Part shown: one piece after another, positions 38,740-48,077 of the stretch
How positions within the stretch are numbered: the first letter of the stretch is position 1
How the letters are laid out: every line of letters begins with the position of its first letter
Source: Myxococcota bacterium
GTDB lineage: Bacteria; Myxococcota_A; UBA9160; PR03
Direction: 5' to 3'
NCBI GenBank assembly: GCA_041611735.1
Contig: JBFIML010000006.1
Span: 32,001-96,000, forward strand
DNA: 64,000 nt
Notes under the pieces: generated by a model
What the model was told of the DNA's origin: nothing
Databases searched by the model: none
Seen by the model: only the letters and a program-made list of their open reading frames with translations
Position numbers and translations under genes: made by a program

Positions 38740-39747
38740 ATGGACTCCGACGCGAGCTCGCGCCGGCCCGCGGGCCCGGTCCAGGCCTTCGACGCCGCGC
38801 TGGCGGCCGAGCGCGCTGCGTGCCTGCGCGCCAACGTGGAGCGCGCCCTGCGCGGCAAGTCCGAGGTCGTGCGCCGGGCCGTCGAGTGCCTGGTGGCGGG
38901 CGGGCACCTGCTGCTCGAGGACGTCCCGGGCGTCGGCAAGACCACCCTGGCCCAGGCGCTGGCCCGGTCCGTGGACGCCCGCTTTCGGCGCATCCAGTTC
39001 ACCAGCGACCTGCTGCCGAGCGATGTGCTCGGCGTCTCGGTGCCCGAGATCGTGGACGGACGGCCCAGCGGGGACTTCACCTTCCAGCCGGGACCGATCT
39101 TCTCCAACGTGATCCTTGCGGACGAGGTCAACCGGGCCAGTCCCAAGACCCAGTCGGCGCTCCTCGAAGCCATGAGCGAGGGCTCCGTGAGCGTGGACGG
39201 TGTTTCGCTCCGGCTCCCGGAGCCCTTCTTCGTGGTGGCGACCCAGAACCCGCTCGAGCAGCACGGGACGCACCCGCTGCCCGAGTCCCAGCTCGACCGC
39301 TTCCTGATGTGCCTGACGCTGGGCTATCCGGAGCCCCAGGACGAGGCGGCGGTGCTGCGCGACGATCCCGCCACCACGGAGCTGCCGCGGCTGACGCCGG
39401 TGGTGGGTCTCGACGAGCTCGGGGCCATGCAACGGCATTCCGCCAGCCTCAAGTTCGACGACGCGCTGGTGGCCTATCTGCTGGCGCTGGTGGAGGAGAC
39501 GCGCCGCCACCCCGCCCTGGAGCTCGGCGTCTCCACCCGCGGCGCGGTGGCCTTGCGACGAGCGGCGCAGGCGCGCGCTCTGGTGGACGGGCGCGACTAC
39601 TGCATCCCCGAAGACGTGCGCGAGCTGGCGGAGGACGTCTGGGCCCATCGCGTGCTGCTCGGGACGGCGGCGGGGCTGCGGCGCGGCAGCGAGGAGAGCG
39701 CGTGGATCGTGCGCGAGATTCTCGACCGGGTGCCGGTACCGCTCTGA
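38740..39747 (+). CDS. MoxR-family AAA+ ATPase
   Basis: LLEDVPGVGKTT, RIQFTSDLLPSD, LADEVNRASPKTQSALLEAM, ATQNP, LPESQLDRF. Confidence 0.95.
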   Translation: MDSDASSRRPAGPVQAFDAALAAERAACLRANVERALRGKSEVVRRAVECLVAGGHLLLEDVPGVGKTTLAQALARSVDARFRRIQFTSDLLPSDVLGVSVPEIVDGRPSGDFTFQPGPIFSNVILADEVNRASPKTQSALLEAMSEGSVSVDGVSLRLPEPFFVVATQNPLEQHGTHPLPESQLDRFLMCLTLGYPEPQDEAAVLRDDPATTELPRLTPVVGLDELGAMQRHSASLKFDDALVAYLLALVEETRRHPALELGVSTRGAVALRRAAQARALVDGRDYCIPEDVRELAEDVWAHRVLLGTAAGLRRGSEESAWIVREILDRVPVPL

Positions 39748-40715
39748 TCCGGCGGCTGGCGAAGGCGCTGCGCCCACCCCGGGTGCTGCGTCCCACCCGG
39801 GCCGGCTGGATCTTCTTCGTGCTGACCCTGGCGGTGGGCTTCGCGGCGCTCAATACGGGCAACAACCTGCTGTATCTGGTGCTCTCGCTGATGTTGTCCT
39901 TCCTGGTGCTGTCCGGTGTGCTCTCCGAGTCGGCGTTGCGGGGCGTGCGGGTGGTACGGCGACTGCCGCGCGAGCTCCACGCCGGGGCCTCGGCGACGGT
40001 CGTCCTGGAGATCGTCAACGCAAAGCGGCGCGTGCCGGCCTTCGCACTCGTCATCGAGGACCGGGTGCGTCCGGCGAGCGGACCGGAGCGGGTCGCGGGA
40101 CGGGTGTTCGTGCTGCGCGTGGCCGCGAACGCCCGCGAGCTCGGCGTCTATCGTTGGCAGGCCTCGGCGCGGGGTCCGGCCCGCTTCACCCGCCTGCGGG
40201 TCTCGACCCGCTTCCCCTTCGGTCTCTTCCTCAAGTCGCTGGTGCTCGAGGAGTCCGGCGAGACGCTCGTCTATCCCGCCCTGGAGCCGGTCGCGCTCGC
40301 CCGCTTGCAGGGCGGCGAGGGAGCGGCCGGGGAGAGCCCGGCACGACGGGGCACGGCGCATGCGGAGGTAGAGGGCCTGCGCGACTTCACGCCGGGCGAC
40401 CCGGTGCGACGCATCCAGTGGCGGACGTCCTTGCGGCGCGGTGCCCTGGTGGTGCGCGACGGCCGGGCCCAGGCGCCCCGGGAGGTGGAGGTGCACCTGG
40501 CCACCCGCGGCGCCCAGGAGGGCGAGGCCTTCGAGCACGGCGTGCGGCAGGCCGCGTCCCGGGCCGTGGCCGAGCTGGAGCACGGTGCCCGCGTGGCGCT
40601 CCGCACCGACTCGCAGCGGCTGTCGGCGGGTACGGGACGGGCCCAGCGCCGGCGGGTGCTCGCCTTCCTGGCCTGCGTCGCTCCCGAGCCGTTGTCGCAG
40701 CGGTTCGACCCGTGA
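39744..40715 (+). CDS. DUF58 protein (MoxR partner)
   Basis: AALNTGNNLLYL, TRFPFGLF, LVYP, LRDFTPGDPVRRIQWRTS; start uncertain. Confidence 0.9.
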   Translation: MIRRLAKALRPPRVLRPTRAGWIFFVLTLAVGFAALNTGNNLLYLVLSLMLSFLVLSGVLSESALRGVRVVRRLPRELHAGASATVVLEIVNAKRRVPAFALVIEDRVRPASGPERVAGRVFVLRVAANARELGVYRWQASARGPARFTRLRVSTRFPFGLFLKSLVLEESGETLVYPALEPVALARLQGGEGAAGESPARRGTAHAEVEGLRDFTPGDPVRRIQWRTSLRRGALVVRDGRAQAPREVEVHLATRGAQEGEAFEHGVRQAASRAVAELEHGARVALRTDSQRLSAGTGRAQRRRVLAFLACVAPEPLSQRFDP

Positions 40716-42838
40716 GCCGACTGGAGTTCCGGGCGGCCCTCGACTCGCCGCGCCCCGCCGCCGCCTGGGCGATGGCCGGCGTGGCGGCGGCGACGCTCTG
40801 GATCACCCGGCAGCTCGAGCCGCTGGCGGTGGTGGCCCAGGCGGCGGCCCTCGGGTTCTCGCTCCGCTTCCGCAACGACCCGCGTGCGTGGCAGCGCAGT
40901 CCGCTGCTGCTGAACCTGGGCATGTTCGTCGTCTCGAGCGCCACCGTCGCGGTGGCCCTGCGCGGGGCCACCTCGCTGGTGGCCCTGGCCCACTTCGCGG
41001 CGCTGGCCCAGGCGCTCCAGCTCCTGGACGCGCGCCCGCGGCGTTCCGAGTTCCTGCTGGTGGCGCTGGCGCTCTTCCAGGTCATCCTGGCCGCCAATCT
41101 GACCGACAGCGTCTTGTTCGTGCCCCTGCTGGCGGGCTTCGTGATTGCCACGACCTGGACGCTGATCGTGCATACGCTGCGGGCCGAGGCGCTCGAGGCG
41201 GGCGTGCCCCAGGCGGCAGGCCGGGCCCTCACGCCGGGTCTGCTGCGCACCACGCTGCTCGCCTCGTGCGGCTGCTTCGCGCTGGCCGTGGTGCTCTTCC
41301 TCCTGCTGCCGCGACTCCAGGGCAGTGTCGTGCGGGGCGTCGGCCTGGGCCCGCTGGCTGGCTCCGGCTTCTCGGACCGCGTCGAGCTCGGCGCGCTGGG
41401 GCGCATCCGCCAGGACCCGACCGTGGCGCTTCGCGTGGAGACCCTGGCGGGACGCCCGCCCCCGCCGCTCGACGCCTACTGGCGTGGGCTCGCCTTCGAC
41501 CGCTTCGACGGCCGCAGCTGGTCCGTGACGCCGTCCCGGCGCTGGGTGGTGCCGGGCACCGCCGAGGTCGGGGTCGTGCTCGCGTCGGGCCCGGCGGATC
41601 TCGAGCAGCGCGTCGTGCGTGAGCCGGTGGCGTCGGGGGTGCTCTTCGTGGCGGGCGAGGCGCACGCCCTCCAGGGCACCGTGCGGCGGCTCCAGCACGA
41701 CGCCAACGAGGGTCTCTACGCGCCCACGCAGGCCGCCGAGCGCGTTCGCTACACGGTGCGCAGCCGCACTCGAGCTCGCGACGACGCGAGCCTCGAGCGC
41801 GACGTGGCGGGTCCCCCCGCCGGCGAGGACGCCGGGCGCTATCTCCAGCTCCCGCGCCTGCGCGAGCCGGTGGCCGAGCTGGCCGCGCGCATCACCACGG
41901 GCCAGCCCAGCGATGCGGGGCGGGCGCGCGCCCTCGAGCAGTGGCTGCGTCGCAAGGGCCGCTACAGCGACGCGCCACCCCGGGACACGGGGCCCACGCA
42001 GCGCACGCCCGTGGAGCGCTTCCTGTTCGGGGACATCGCCGGGCACTGCGAGTACTTCGCCAGCGCCATGGTCGTACTGGCCCGGGCGTCGGGGCTGCCC
42101 TCGCGTCTGGTGAACGGCTTTGCGGGGGGGCGCGAGAACCGCATCGGTGGCTTCGTGGAGCTGACCCGCTCCGATGCCCACGCCTGGGTGGAGGTGCACT
42201 TCGCCCGGGCGGGCTGGGTCCGCTACGACCCGACGCCGCCCGACCGGCGACTGCGCGCCGCCCTGCCGCCGTCGCTCCTGGAGCGCGTCGCCCAGATCGG
42301 GAGTGCCTTCGAGCTCTGGTGGTTCCAGCGCGTGGTGGGCTTCGACCGCTCGGACCAGCTCCACGCCATGAAGCGCGCCTGGCTCGCCTGGCGACGCGTG
42401 CGCCGCGTCTCGCACGAGCCCGGACGCCTCGAGGCCTGGTTCGAGCGCCGGCCCGACCGGGCGGGCGCGACGGCGGCGCTGGGGGCGGGGGTGGTGGCGG
42501 GGGTCGTGGGGCTGTTGCTGCTCAGGCGGCGCCGTCGCAAGCCGGCTCTTCCCGCCGGCTACGACCGGGCCCTGCGGCTCCTCGCGCGCCGCGGCCTGGT
42601 GCGACCGGCCGCCTGCACGGCGCGGGAGTTCGTCCGCCACGCCCGGGCGATGCTACCGGAGGAGGCCGCGGGGGCCTTCCAGGCGCTCACCAGCGCCTAC
42701 CTGGCCCAGCGCTTCGGCGGGCGATCGGCGGCCGATCCGACGGACCTGCGCCGCCTGCGAGCGGCCCTGCGCAGGCGGAGGTGGGCATTCGACCTCCCGG
42801 CGTGGCGCCGATTTCCTTCCCGGGGGCCACGACCCTGA
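40712..42838 (+). CDS. TgpA-like membrane transglutaminase (DUF3488 + TGase + DUF4129)
   Basis: YWRGLAFDRFDG, GHCEYFASAM, AHAWVEV, WVRYDPTP. Confidence 0.93.
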   Translation: MSRLEFRAALDSPRPAAAWAMAGVAAATLWITRQLEPLAVVAQAAALGFSLRFRNDPRAWQRSPLLLNLGMFVVSSATVAVALRGATSLVALAHFAALAQALQLLDARPRRSEFLLVALALFQVILAANLTDSVLFVPLLAGFVIATTWTLIVHTLRAEALEAGVPQAAGRALTPGLLRTTLLASCGCFALAVVLFLLLPRLQGSVVRGVGLGPLAGSGFSDRVELGALGRIRQDPTVALRVETLAGRPPPPLDAYWRGLAFDRFDGRSWSVTPSRRWVVPGTAEVGVVLASGPADLEQRVVREPVASGVLFVAGEAHALQGTVRRLQHDANEGLYAPTQAAERVRYTVRSRTRARDDASLERDVAGPPAGEDAGRYLQLPRLREPVAELAARITTGQPSDAGRARALEQWLRRKGRYSDAPPRDTGPTQRTPVERFLFGDIAGHCEYFASAMVVLARASGLPSRLVNGFAGGRENRIGGFVELTRSDAHAWVEVHFARAGWVRYDPTPPDRRLRAALPPSLLERVAQIGSAFELWWFQRVVGFDRSDQLHAMKRAWLAWRRVRRVSHEPGRLEAWFERRPDRAGATAALGAGVVAGVVGLLLLRRRRRKPALPAGYDRALRLLARRGLVRPAACTAREFVRHARAMLPEEAAGAFQALTSAYLAQRFGGRSAADPTDLRRLRAALRRRRWAFDLPAWRRFPSRGPRP

Positions 42839-42957
42839 GGGCCGAGCCGAGCATCCTCCTGCTCGACGCCGGTGAGCGCCGAGGCGGGGCGCTCGCGGAT
42901 CGTCTCGACGCCCTCGGCTTCCGCGTGCGCGTGGTGGAGACCGCCCTGGTGCTCTGA
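42802..42957 (+). pseudogene. Possible truncated receiver-domain-like gene fragment
   Basis: Reads PSILLLDAGERRGGALADRLDALGFRVRVVET then stops; resembles REC beta1-alpha1-beta2. Confidence 0.35.
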
Positions 42958-42958
42958 G

Positions 42959-43615
42959 TCAGCCCTGCAGGGTCGCCACGAAGTCCTGCGCCTCCCGGAT
43001 CGCAGCCTGCATGTCCTGCACCAGCGCCGCGATGTCGCTCTCCACCGCGGCCACGTTCCCCTCCAGCGAGGCGATGGCCCGGGCGTTCAGGTTGTGCTTC
43101 AGGAACAGCACCTGATCCCGGAACGCCTTCAGCACGGGGTCCATGCGCGACTCGGCGCGGCGCATGGCCGCGATCAGCCCGCCATAGCGGGTTCGGGTCA
43201 GCCGCAAGCTCGCCTGGCTGCGGCGGCGCAGGCTCGCGGTCCCGATTTCCTGGATCTCCCCCTCCCACTCCTCGAACAGATCCTCCGCCACCTGCTGGAT
43301 CGAGGCGATGCGCTCCCGGACCGCTCCGGCCCGGCTCTCGCTGCGCTCGTACTCCGCTTCGAGCCGCCGGTAGAGCTTTTCCAGGTCTCCCGCTTCGAAG
43401 CGCGTCACCTGCTTGAACACCTCGAAGGCACTCAGGAACTGCTCCTGTGCCTGCTGCTGCTCGCGCTGGCTGGCTTCCACCCGCCTGGTCAGGATGTGGC
43501 GTTTCTCCCGCCCGAGCGTCTCCCAGACGTCGTAATACACCGAGCGGCACGCAAACGCGCCGGCGCAGAGGGCCAGGAGGGAGCCCAGGAGGAGTGGCGT
43601 CGGTGCGCGACGCAT
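42959..43615 (-). CDS. DUF2959 family lipoprotein
   Basis: Lipobox-like AFAC; YYDVWETLGREKRHIL, LFEEWEGE, DQVLFLKHNLNARAI. Confidence 0.9.
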   Translation of the reverse strand: MRRAPTPLLLGSLLALCAGAFACRSVYYDVWETLGREKRHILTRRVEASQREQQQAQEQFLSAFEVFKQVTRFEAGDLEKLYRRLEAEYERSESRAGAVRERIASIQQVAEDLFEEWEGEIQEIGTASLRRRSQASLRLTRTRYGGLIAAMRRAESRMDPVLKAFRDQVLFLKHNLNARAIASLEGNVAAVESDIAALVQDMQAAIREAQDFVATLQG

Positions 43616-43753
43616 CGCGTTCCTCCATTCGAGGCCAGGCAACATAGCGGAGTCATGACGAGCCGGAGCCGACACAAGGGCACGAGGCCAGATCAGAGGT
43701 TATCCTGGCCAGCAGCCGCTCGGGAAGCATTGGTCCGGCGGCGGGGGGGATGC

Positions 43754-43975
43754 ATGGCGAGACGCGCGAGACGGCGCTTCGGGCCCTCGGCCCTGGATGC
43801 CTGGCTGGTTCCGCGCTGGGCCACGGACGCCCGCGAGCGCGCCGATTCGGAGCTGCACGCCCTCTGGTTCGGGCTTCCCCTCGGCCCCCACGGCGCCCTC
43901 CGCTTCCGCAAGTGGCTCGGCTGGGCGCTCTTCCGGCTGGCAGTGCGCGTGAACCCGGAGGTGGCCGACCTCTAG
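43754..43975 (+). CDS. Small hypothetical protein (73 aa)
   Basis: G-rich RBS-like run before ATG; fills intergenic gap; 4-nt stop overlap with nuclease gene. Confidence 0.45.
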   Translation: MARRARRRFGPSALDAWLVPRWATDARERADSELHALWFGLPLGPHGALRFRKWLGWALFRLAVRVNPEVADL

Positions 43976-44505
43976 GGGCGCCGGGCGTCGGGTGCCCACA
44001 GCCCCCGGATTGCCTGGCGCGCCTCGTCCTCCGCAGCCTCGAACTCCCGGGCCAGGCGACCGCGGCCATAGCGGGTCCAGAAGCGCGACCATCCCGCGCG
44101 CACCATCTCCACGTTGACGTGGGTCTCGCCCACGTACACGTAGGCCAGCAGGCGTCCGTGGTCGTCGCGCTCTGGACGCGGGTCCTCGAAGGCCAGGGTC
44201 ACCGGGCCGGAGCCCACCAGGCGGCGCAGGGCCCGCGTGGCGCTCCCGTAGCCCGGCTCCTGGCGCTCCGGAGTGTCCACCCGAAGCAGCCGCACCCGCT
44301 CGCGCCCCGCACCGCAGTCCACGTCGAGGGTGTCGCCATCGATCACGCGGCGTACCCGACACGGCCCCAGGGCCGCGGCGGCCGCCACGTCGGTCGCCGC
44401 AGGCCCGGGGCCCGGCGCGAGCCCGAGCGGGTCGAGGAGCCCGTCCCGGGCGAGGAGCAGGCCGGCCACCACGAGGAGGGCCACGGCCAGCACTGCCGTG
44501 CGCAT
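43972..44505 (-). CDS. Thermonuclease (SNase-like), membrane-anchored
   Basis: RVIDGDT, VRLLRVDTPE, DDHGRLLAYV, VNVEMVRAGW, RGLW. Confidence 0.93.
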   Translation of the reverse strand: MRTAVLAVALLVVAGLLLARDGLLDPLGLAPGPGPAATDVAAAAALGPCRVRRVIDGDTLDVDCGAGRERVRLLRVDTPERQEPGYGSATRALRRLVGSGPVTLAFEDPRPERDDHGRLLAYVYVGETHVNVEMVRAGWSRFWTRYGRGRLAREFEAAEDEARQAIRGLWAPDARRP

Positions 44506-44510
44506 GCCCG

Positions 44511-45674
44511 CTATCCCCCCGAGGCGGGATCTTCCGCGGCGGCGTCCGGGGGCGTGGGATCCTCGCGGTCCTCCAGCCAGCCTTTCGGCAAGGCCACGCG
44601 CTGTCGCCCCCCCGACTTGCCGCGCGGAACCCGCAGGGCGTGGGGCGGGAAGGGCTCGTCGGGGTCGAGCTGGGTCAGGATGCCCTCGAGCTCCGCCCGG
44701 GTCTCGATCGTCATGAGCTCGCGTCGCAGCCGAGCGCTGCCCGGAAACCCCTTGGTGTACCAGGCCGCGTGCTTGCGGAAGCCGAGCAGCGCCGTGCGTT
44801 CGCCTGCCCAGTGCGTGAGGAGCTCGGCGTGCTCGCGCATCACCTCCGCCACCTCGCCGAGCCGGGGCGGAGCGCTCGGCGGCCGTCCGGCGAACACGTC
44901 CGCCAGATCGCGGAACAGCCAGGGGCGCCCCAGACAGCCCCGGCCGACCACGACGCCGTCGCAGCCCGTGCTGCGCATGAGGCGCAGCGCGTCGTGGGCC
45001 TCCCAGACGTCACCGTTGCCGAGCACCGGCAGTTGCGGGAGGGCCTGCTTCAGCTCGGCGATGGCCTCCCAGCGGGCCGCGCCGTCGTAGAGCTGAGCGG
45101 CGGTGCGGGCGTGAAGGGAGACCGCCGCACAGCCCTCGTCGGCGGCGATGCGGCCTGCGTCCAGGCAGGTCGGGTGGGCGTCGTCCAGCCCGATGCGGAG
45201 CTTGATGGTGATCGGCACGGGTCCGGCGTTGCCTACCGCGGCGCGTAAGATGTCGCGCAGCAGGCGTCGCTTCCAGGGCAGGGCGGCGCCGCCGCCCCGT
45301 CGTGTGACCTTGCGCACGGGGCAGCCGAAGTTGAGATCGACGTGATCGACCTGGCCCTCGCCGACCAGCCGCGCCACCGCCTCGCCCAGCGTCTGCGGAT
45401 CGACGCCGTAGAGCTGGAGGCTGCGTGGCTTCTCGTCCGGGGCGAAGCGGGCCAGCCGCAGGGTCTTGGCGTGCCCTTCCAGGAGCCCGCGGGCGGTGAT
45501 CATCTCGCTCACGTAGAGGGCGGCCCCGAAGCGCCGGCACAGGGTCCGGAAGGGCGCATTGGTGACACCGGCCATGGGAGCCAGGACCACCGGCGGCCAC
45601 ACGCGCAGCGGACCGATCTGGACCGGCCGGAATGCCTCGGGCCGGGCGGGCGGTGCGGCTCGTTGCGGGATCAC
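44511..45674 (-). CDS. dusB: tRNA-dihydrouridine synthase DusB
   Basis: LAPMAGVTN, DLNFGCPVRKV, TIKLRIG, LHARTA, GNGDV, GRGCLGRPW; GTGA overlap with DUF393 gene. Confidence 0.92.
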   Translation of the reverse strand: MIPQRAAPPARPEAFRPVQIGPLRVWPPVVLAPMAGVTNAPFRTLCRRFGAALYVSEMITARGLLEGHAKTLRLARFAPDEKPRSLQLYGVDPQTLGEAVARLVGEGQVDHVDLNFGCPVRKVTRRGGGAALPWKRRLLRDILRAAVGNAGPVPITIKLRIGLDDAHPTCLDAGRIAADEGCAAVSLHARTAAQLYDGAARWEAIAELKQALPQLPVLGNGDVWEAHDALRLMRSTGCDGVVVGRGCLGRPWLFRDLADVFAGRPPSAPPRLGEVAEVMREHAELLTHWAGERTALLGFRKHAAWYTKGFPGSARLRRELMTIETRAELEGILTQLDPDEPFPPHALRVPRGKSGGRQRVALPKGWLEDREDPTPPDAAAEDPASGG

Positions 45675-46093
45675 GACGAGAGGGTAGGGGGCGTGCAGCG
45701 ATCTGCCTCGCACCCGACATGCCGACCCGTCAGGCGCAAGCGATTGCGGGCGAACCAGCCATAGCCGGCGTCGGCCAGTCGCCGGAGGCCCGGCCAGGCG
45801 GTGGGCGCCAGCAGCCAGCCGAGCCCGACGGCGGCGTAGGCGCGTCTGAATACCTCGACACCCTCGATGATCCGGCCGTCTGGCAGGCGCGCGTGGATGC
45901 GTGCCATCAGGGTGGACGGGTCGACGCCGTAGGGGCCGGCGTCGAAGCCCGCGGCGGCCAGGTTCGTGAAGCGGATGCGTCCGCGCCCGCGGTCCAGGCG
46001 TCGGAGCGCCGCGACCTCCCGGGTGCACAGGGGGCAATCGCCGTCGTAGAGGAGCTCGATCTGCCACACGGGCCTTCCGGAACTGCCTGCCAC
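45671..46093 (-). CDS. DUF393 / DCC-family thiol-disulfide oxidoreductase
   Basis: LLYDGDCPLC, YGWFARNR. Confidence 0.9.
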   Translation of the reverse strand: MAGSSGRPVWQIELLYDGDCPLCTREVAALRRLDRGRGRIRFTNLAAAGFDAGPYGVDPSTLMARIHARLPDGRIIEGVEVFRRAYAAVGLGWLLAPTAWPGLRRLADAGYGWFARNRLRLTGRHVGCEADRCTPPTLSS

Positions 46094-46099
46094 CCCCGC

Positions 46100-46144
46100 A
46101 GGCTAGGCAGTCCCCGCCCGCCGGGCAAGAAAATAATCTAGACA
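46100..46144 (-). promoter_or_regulatory. Putative promoter of DUF393-dusB-nuclease operon (-35 TTGCCC, 17 bp, -10 TAGCCT) with adjacent operator half-site TGTCTAGATTATTT
   Basis: -10 lies 6 nt before GTG; AAATAATCTAGACA at 46131-46144 is identical to 52909-52922. Confidence 0.6.
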
Positions 46145-46214
46145 TGCTTGATATCAGCGCATCAGAAAGACGCAGAAATAACTATAAACAATTGATATAT
46201 ATAGATTATAATGA

Positions 46215-46259
46215 TGTCTAAAAAAAATATAGACAATATTCCATCAAGCCGGGTAGACT
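46215..46259 (+). promoter_or_regulatory. Palindromic operator TGTCTA-N9-TAGACA overlapping putative -35 (TAGACA) of the sigma factor promoter (-10 TAGACT, 18-bp spacer)
   Basis: Perfect 6-bp inverted repeat at 46215-46235 in an AT-rich island; same TGTC-N13-GACA geometry as 52902-52922. Confidence 0.65.
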
Positions 46260-46284
46260 ACACCCTCGGAGATCGGAGGGACCC

Positions 46285-47661
46285 ATGTTCAAAGACCCCG
46301 TCGCTGAGCCTTCGCAAGCGGAGGAAACCGCCGTGCAGACCTGGCCGGGCGGAAGCGTGGAGCGGCCGGCCCGGCACGGACGTGCCGCCCCCCGCGCCCT
46401 CGATTGCTACCTGGCCGAGATCCGGGACATTCCGGTCCTGAAACGCGAGCAGGAGGCCGAGCTGGCCCGTCGCATGCGGCAGGCCGAGGTCGAGCTGCGC
46501 CGGGGCCTGCTCGCCCTCCCGGAAGCGGCGCGTGTGCTCGTCGAACGCTGGACGCGGCTGCGCGCGGCGGGACGCGTGACCGGCCCCTGGAGCGCCCGCC
46601 ACCGGGGCGGCGAGCGTGACGCCAGCCCGCACGTGGATCGCGTGCTGACCCACCTCCAGCGAAGCCTCGAGCGCCTCGAGCGTACAGCACGCGGACCGCG
46701 GGCCGCGCCCGAGCGGCGTCGCCTGGCGGCTCGGATCACCCGCACCCTGGGTAACCTGGATGCAACCCCGGAGCTCCTGCAGGAGATCTACCGGGAGCTC
46801 GAGGCGCGGGGTGGCGTGGCCGCCTCGAGTCCCGGCTGGGTGCGTGCCCGGCGCGCCCATGCGGAGCTCAGCGACGCCAAGAACACCTTCATGCGGCACA
46901 ACCTGCGCCTGGTCGTCTCCGTGGCAAAGGGGTTCCGGAGCCTGGGCGTTGAGTTCGAAGATCTGATCGAGGAAGGCAACCTGAGCCTGATGCGGGCCGT
47001 CGAGAAGTTCGATGCCGAGCGCGGCTTCCGCTTCTCGACCTACGCCGTGTGGTGGATCCGTCAGGCCTGCATCCGGGCGCTCCAGAGGACCTCCCGCACC
47101 ATCCGCCTGCCCTCCCACCTGTACGACCGCCTGCTCCGCTACCGGCGCATCCTGGCCCACTGGTCGCGCGACCACCGGGAGGAGCCGAGCCTCGGCGATC
47201 TCGCCGAGGCCCTGGAGGTCGGCGAGGACGAGCTGACGCAGCTGATCCAGGCCGACCGCCGACCGCTCGGTCTCCACGAGCCGGTGGAGGGCACCGAGAA
47301 GGCAAGCGTGGCCGACCGGCTGTCCAGCGGAGCCGTGAGCGCCGACGAGGCCCTGGACGGGCTGCGTCTGCAGGGTGAGATCCCGACCCTCCTGACCCGT
47401 CTCAGCCGCCGGGAACGCCAGGTGCTCGAATGGCGCTTCGGACTCGCTGAGGAGCAGGAGAAGACCCTGCAGGCCATCGGCGATTCCCTGGGCCTTTCGC
47501 GCGAGCGCGTACGCCAGATCGAGCGCGAGGCCCTGGCCAAGCTGCGCCGGCAGGCCGAGCTCAAGGGGCTCCACGACCTGCTGGGGCGGGTCGCGGCTCA
47601 GCCCGCCGGCTCGACGGAGGAGCCGGGCTCGAAGAGCTTGCGGATGCGTCGGAAGCGGTAG
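46285..47661 (+). CDS. RNA polymerase sigma-70 factor, RpoD/RpoS-like (regions 1.2, 2, 3, 4; no region 1.1)
   Basis: YLAEIRDIPVLKREQEAELA, HNLRLVVSVAK, DLIEEGNLSLMRAVEKFD, FSTYAVWWIRQ, RTIRLP, GLSRERVRQIE. Confidence 0.93.
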   Translation: MFKDPVAEPSQAEETAVQTWPGGSVERPARHGRAAPRALDCYLAEIRDIPVLKREQEAELARRMRQAEVELRRGLLALPEAARVLVERWTRLRAAGRVTGPWSARHRGGERDASPHVDRVLTHLQRSLERLERTARGPRAAPERRRLAARITRTLGNLDATPELLQEIYRELEARGGVAASSPGWVRARRAHAELSDAKNTFMRHNLRLVVSVAKGFRSLGVEFEDLIEEGNLSLMRAVEKFDAERGFRFSTYAVWWIRQACIRALQRTSRTIRLPSHLYDRLLRYRRILAHWSRDHREEPSLGDLAEALEVGEDELTQLIQADRRPLGLHEPVEGTEKASVADRLSSGAVSADEALDGLRLQGEIPTLLTRLSRRERQVLEWRFGLAEEQEKTLQAIGDSLGLSRERVRQIEREALAKLRRQAELKGLHDLLGRVAAQPAGSTEEPGSKSLRMRRKR

Positions 47662-48077
47662 TCGAAGATGGCGGCCAGCGCCGCTCGCACCGCGAGGCCG
47701 TGAGCCAGGCTTCCCAGCGGCCCCAGCGGCAGGGCGTAGCGCACCCGGTCTCCCATCAGGACGCCGCCTCCCAAGGCGCGGAAGCTGTGCGTGTGTTGCC
47801 ACGACGCATAGGGACCTCGCTCCTGCTCGTCCACGAACCCGACCGGCGGGGTCCAGCGAGTGATGCGGGTGCGCCAGCGCACCCACATCCCTGCCAGCCG
47901 CAACCGGTACTCGATGCGGGTGTCCTGGGCCATCTCGATGGGAAGGGGCGTCAGGATCCGAAAGCCGAGCCAGGGCGGCGTGATCACCTCCAGATTGGCG
48001 GCATCGGCGAAGAAGGCGAAGACCCGCTCCAGGGGCGCGGCGATCCATTGCTCGCGCTCCAGCACGTGCACCCTCAC
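47598..48077 (-). CDS. SRPBCC (START-like ligand-binding) family protein
   Basis: VFAFFADAANLEVITPPWL, FVDEQERGPYASWQHTHSF, IFDYR. Confidence 0.9.
   Translation of the reverse strand: MRVHVLEREQWIAAPLERVFAFFADAANLEVITPPWLGFRILTPLPIEMAQDTRIEYRLRLAGMWVRWRTRITRWTPPVGFVDEQERGPYASWQHTHSFRALGGGVLMGDRVRYALPLGPLGSLAHGLAVRAALAAIFDYRFRRIRKLFEPGSSVEPAG

Noticed and set aside
46128-46245. AT-rich island as replication origin or mobile-element end
   Set aside because: No DnaA boxes, transposase, terminal repeats or target duplication; better explained as a divergent promoter/operator
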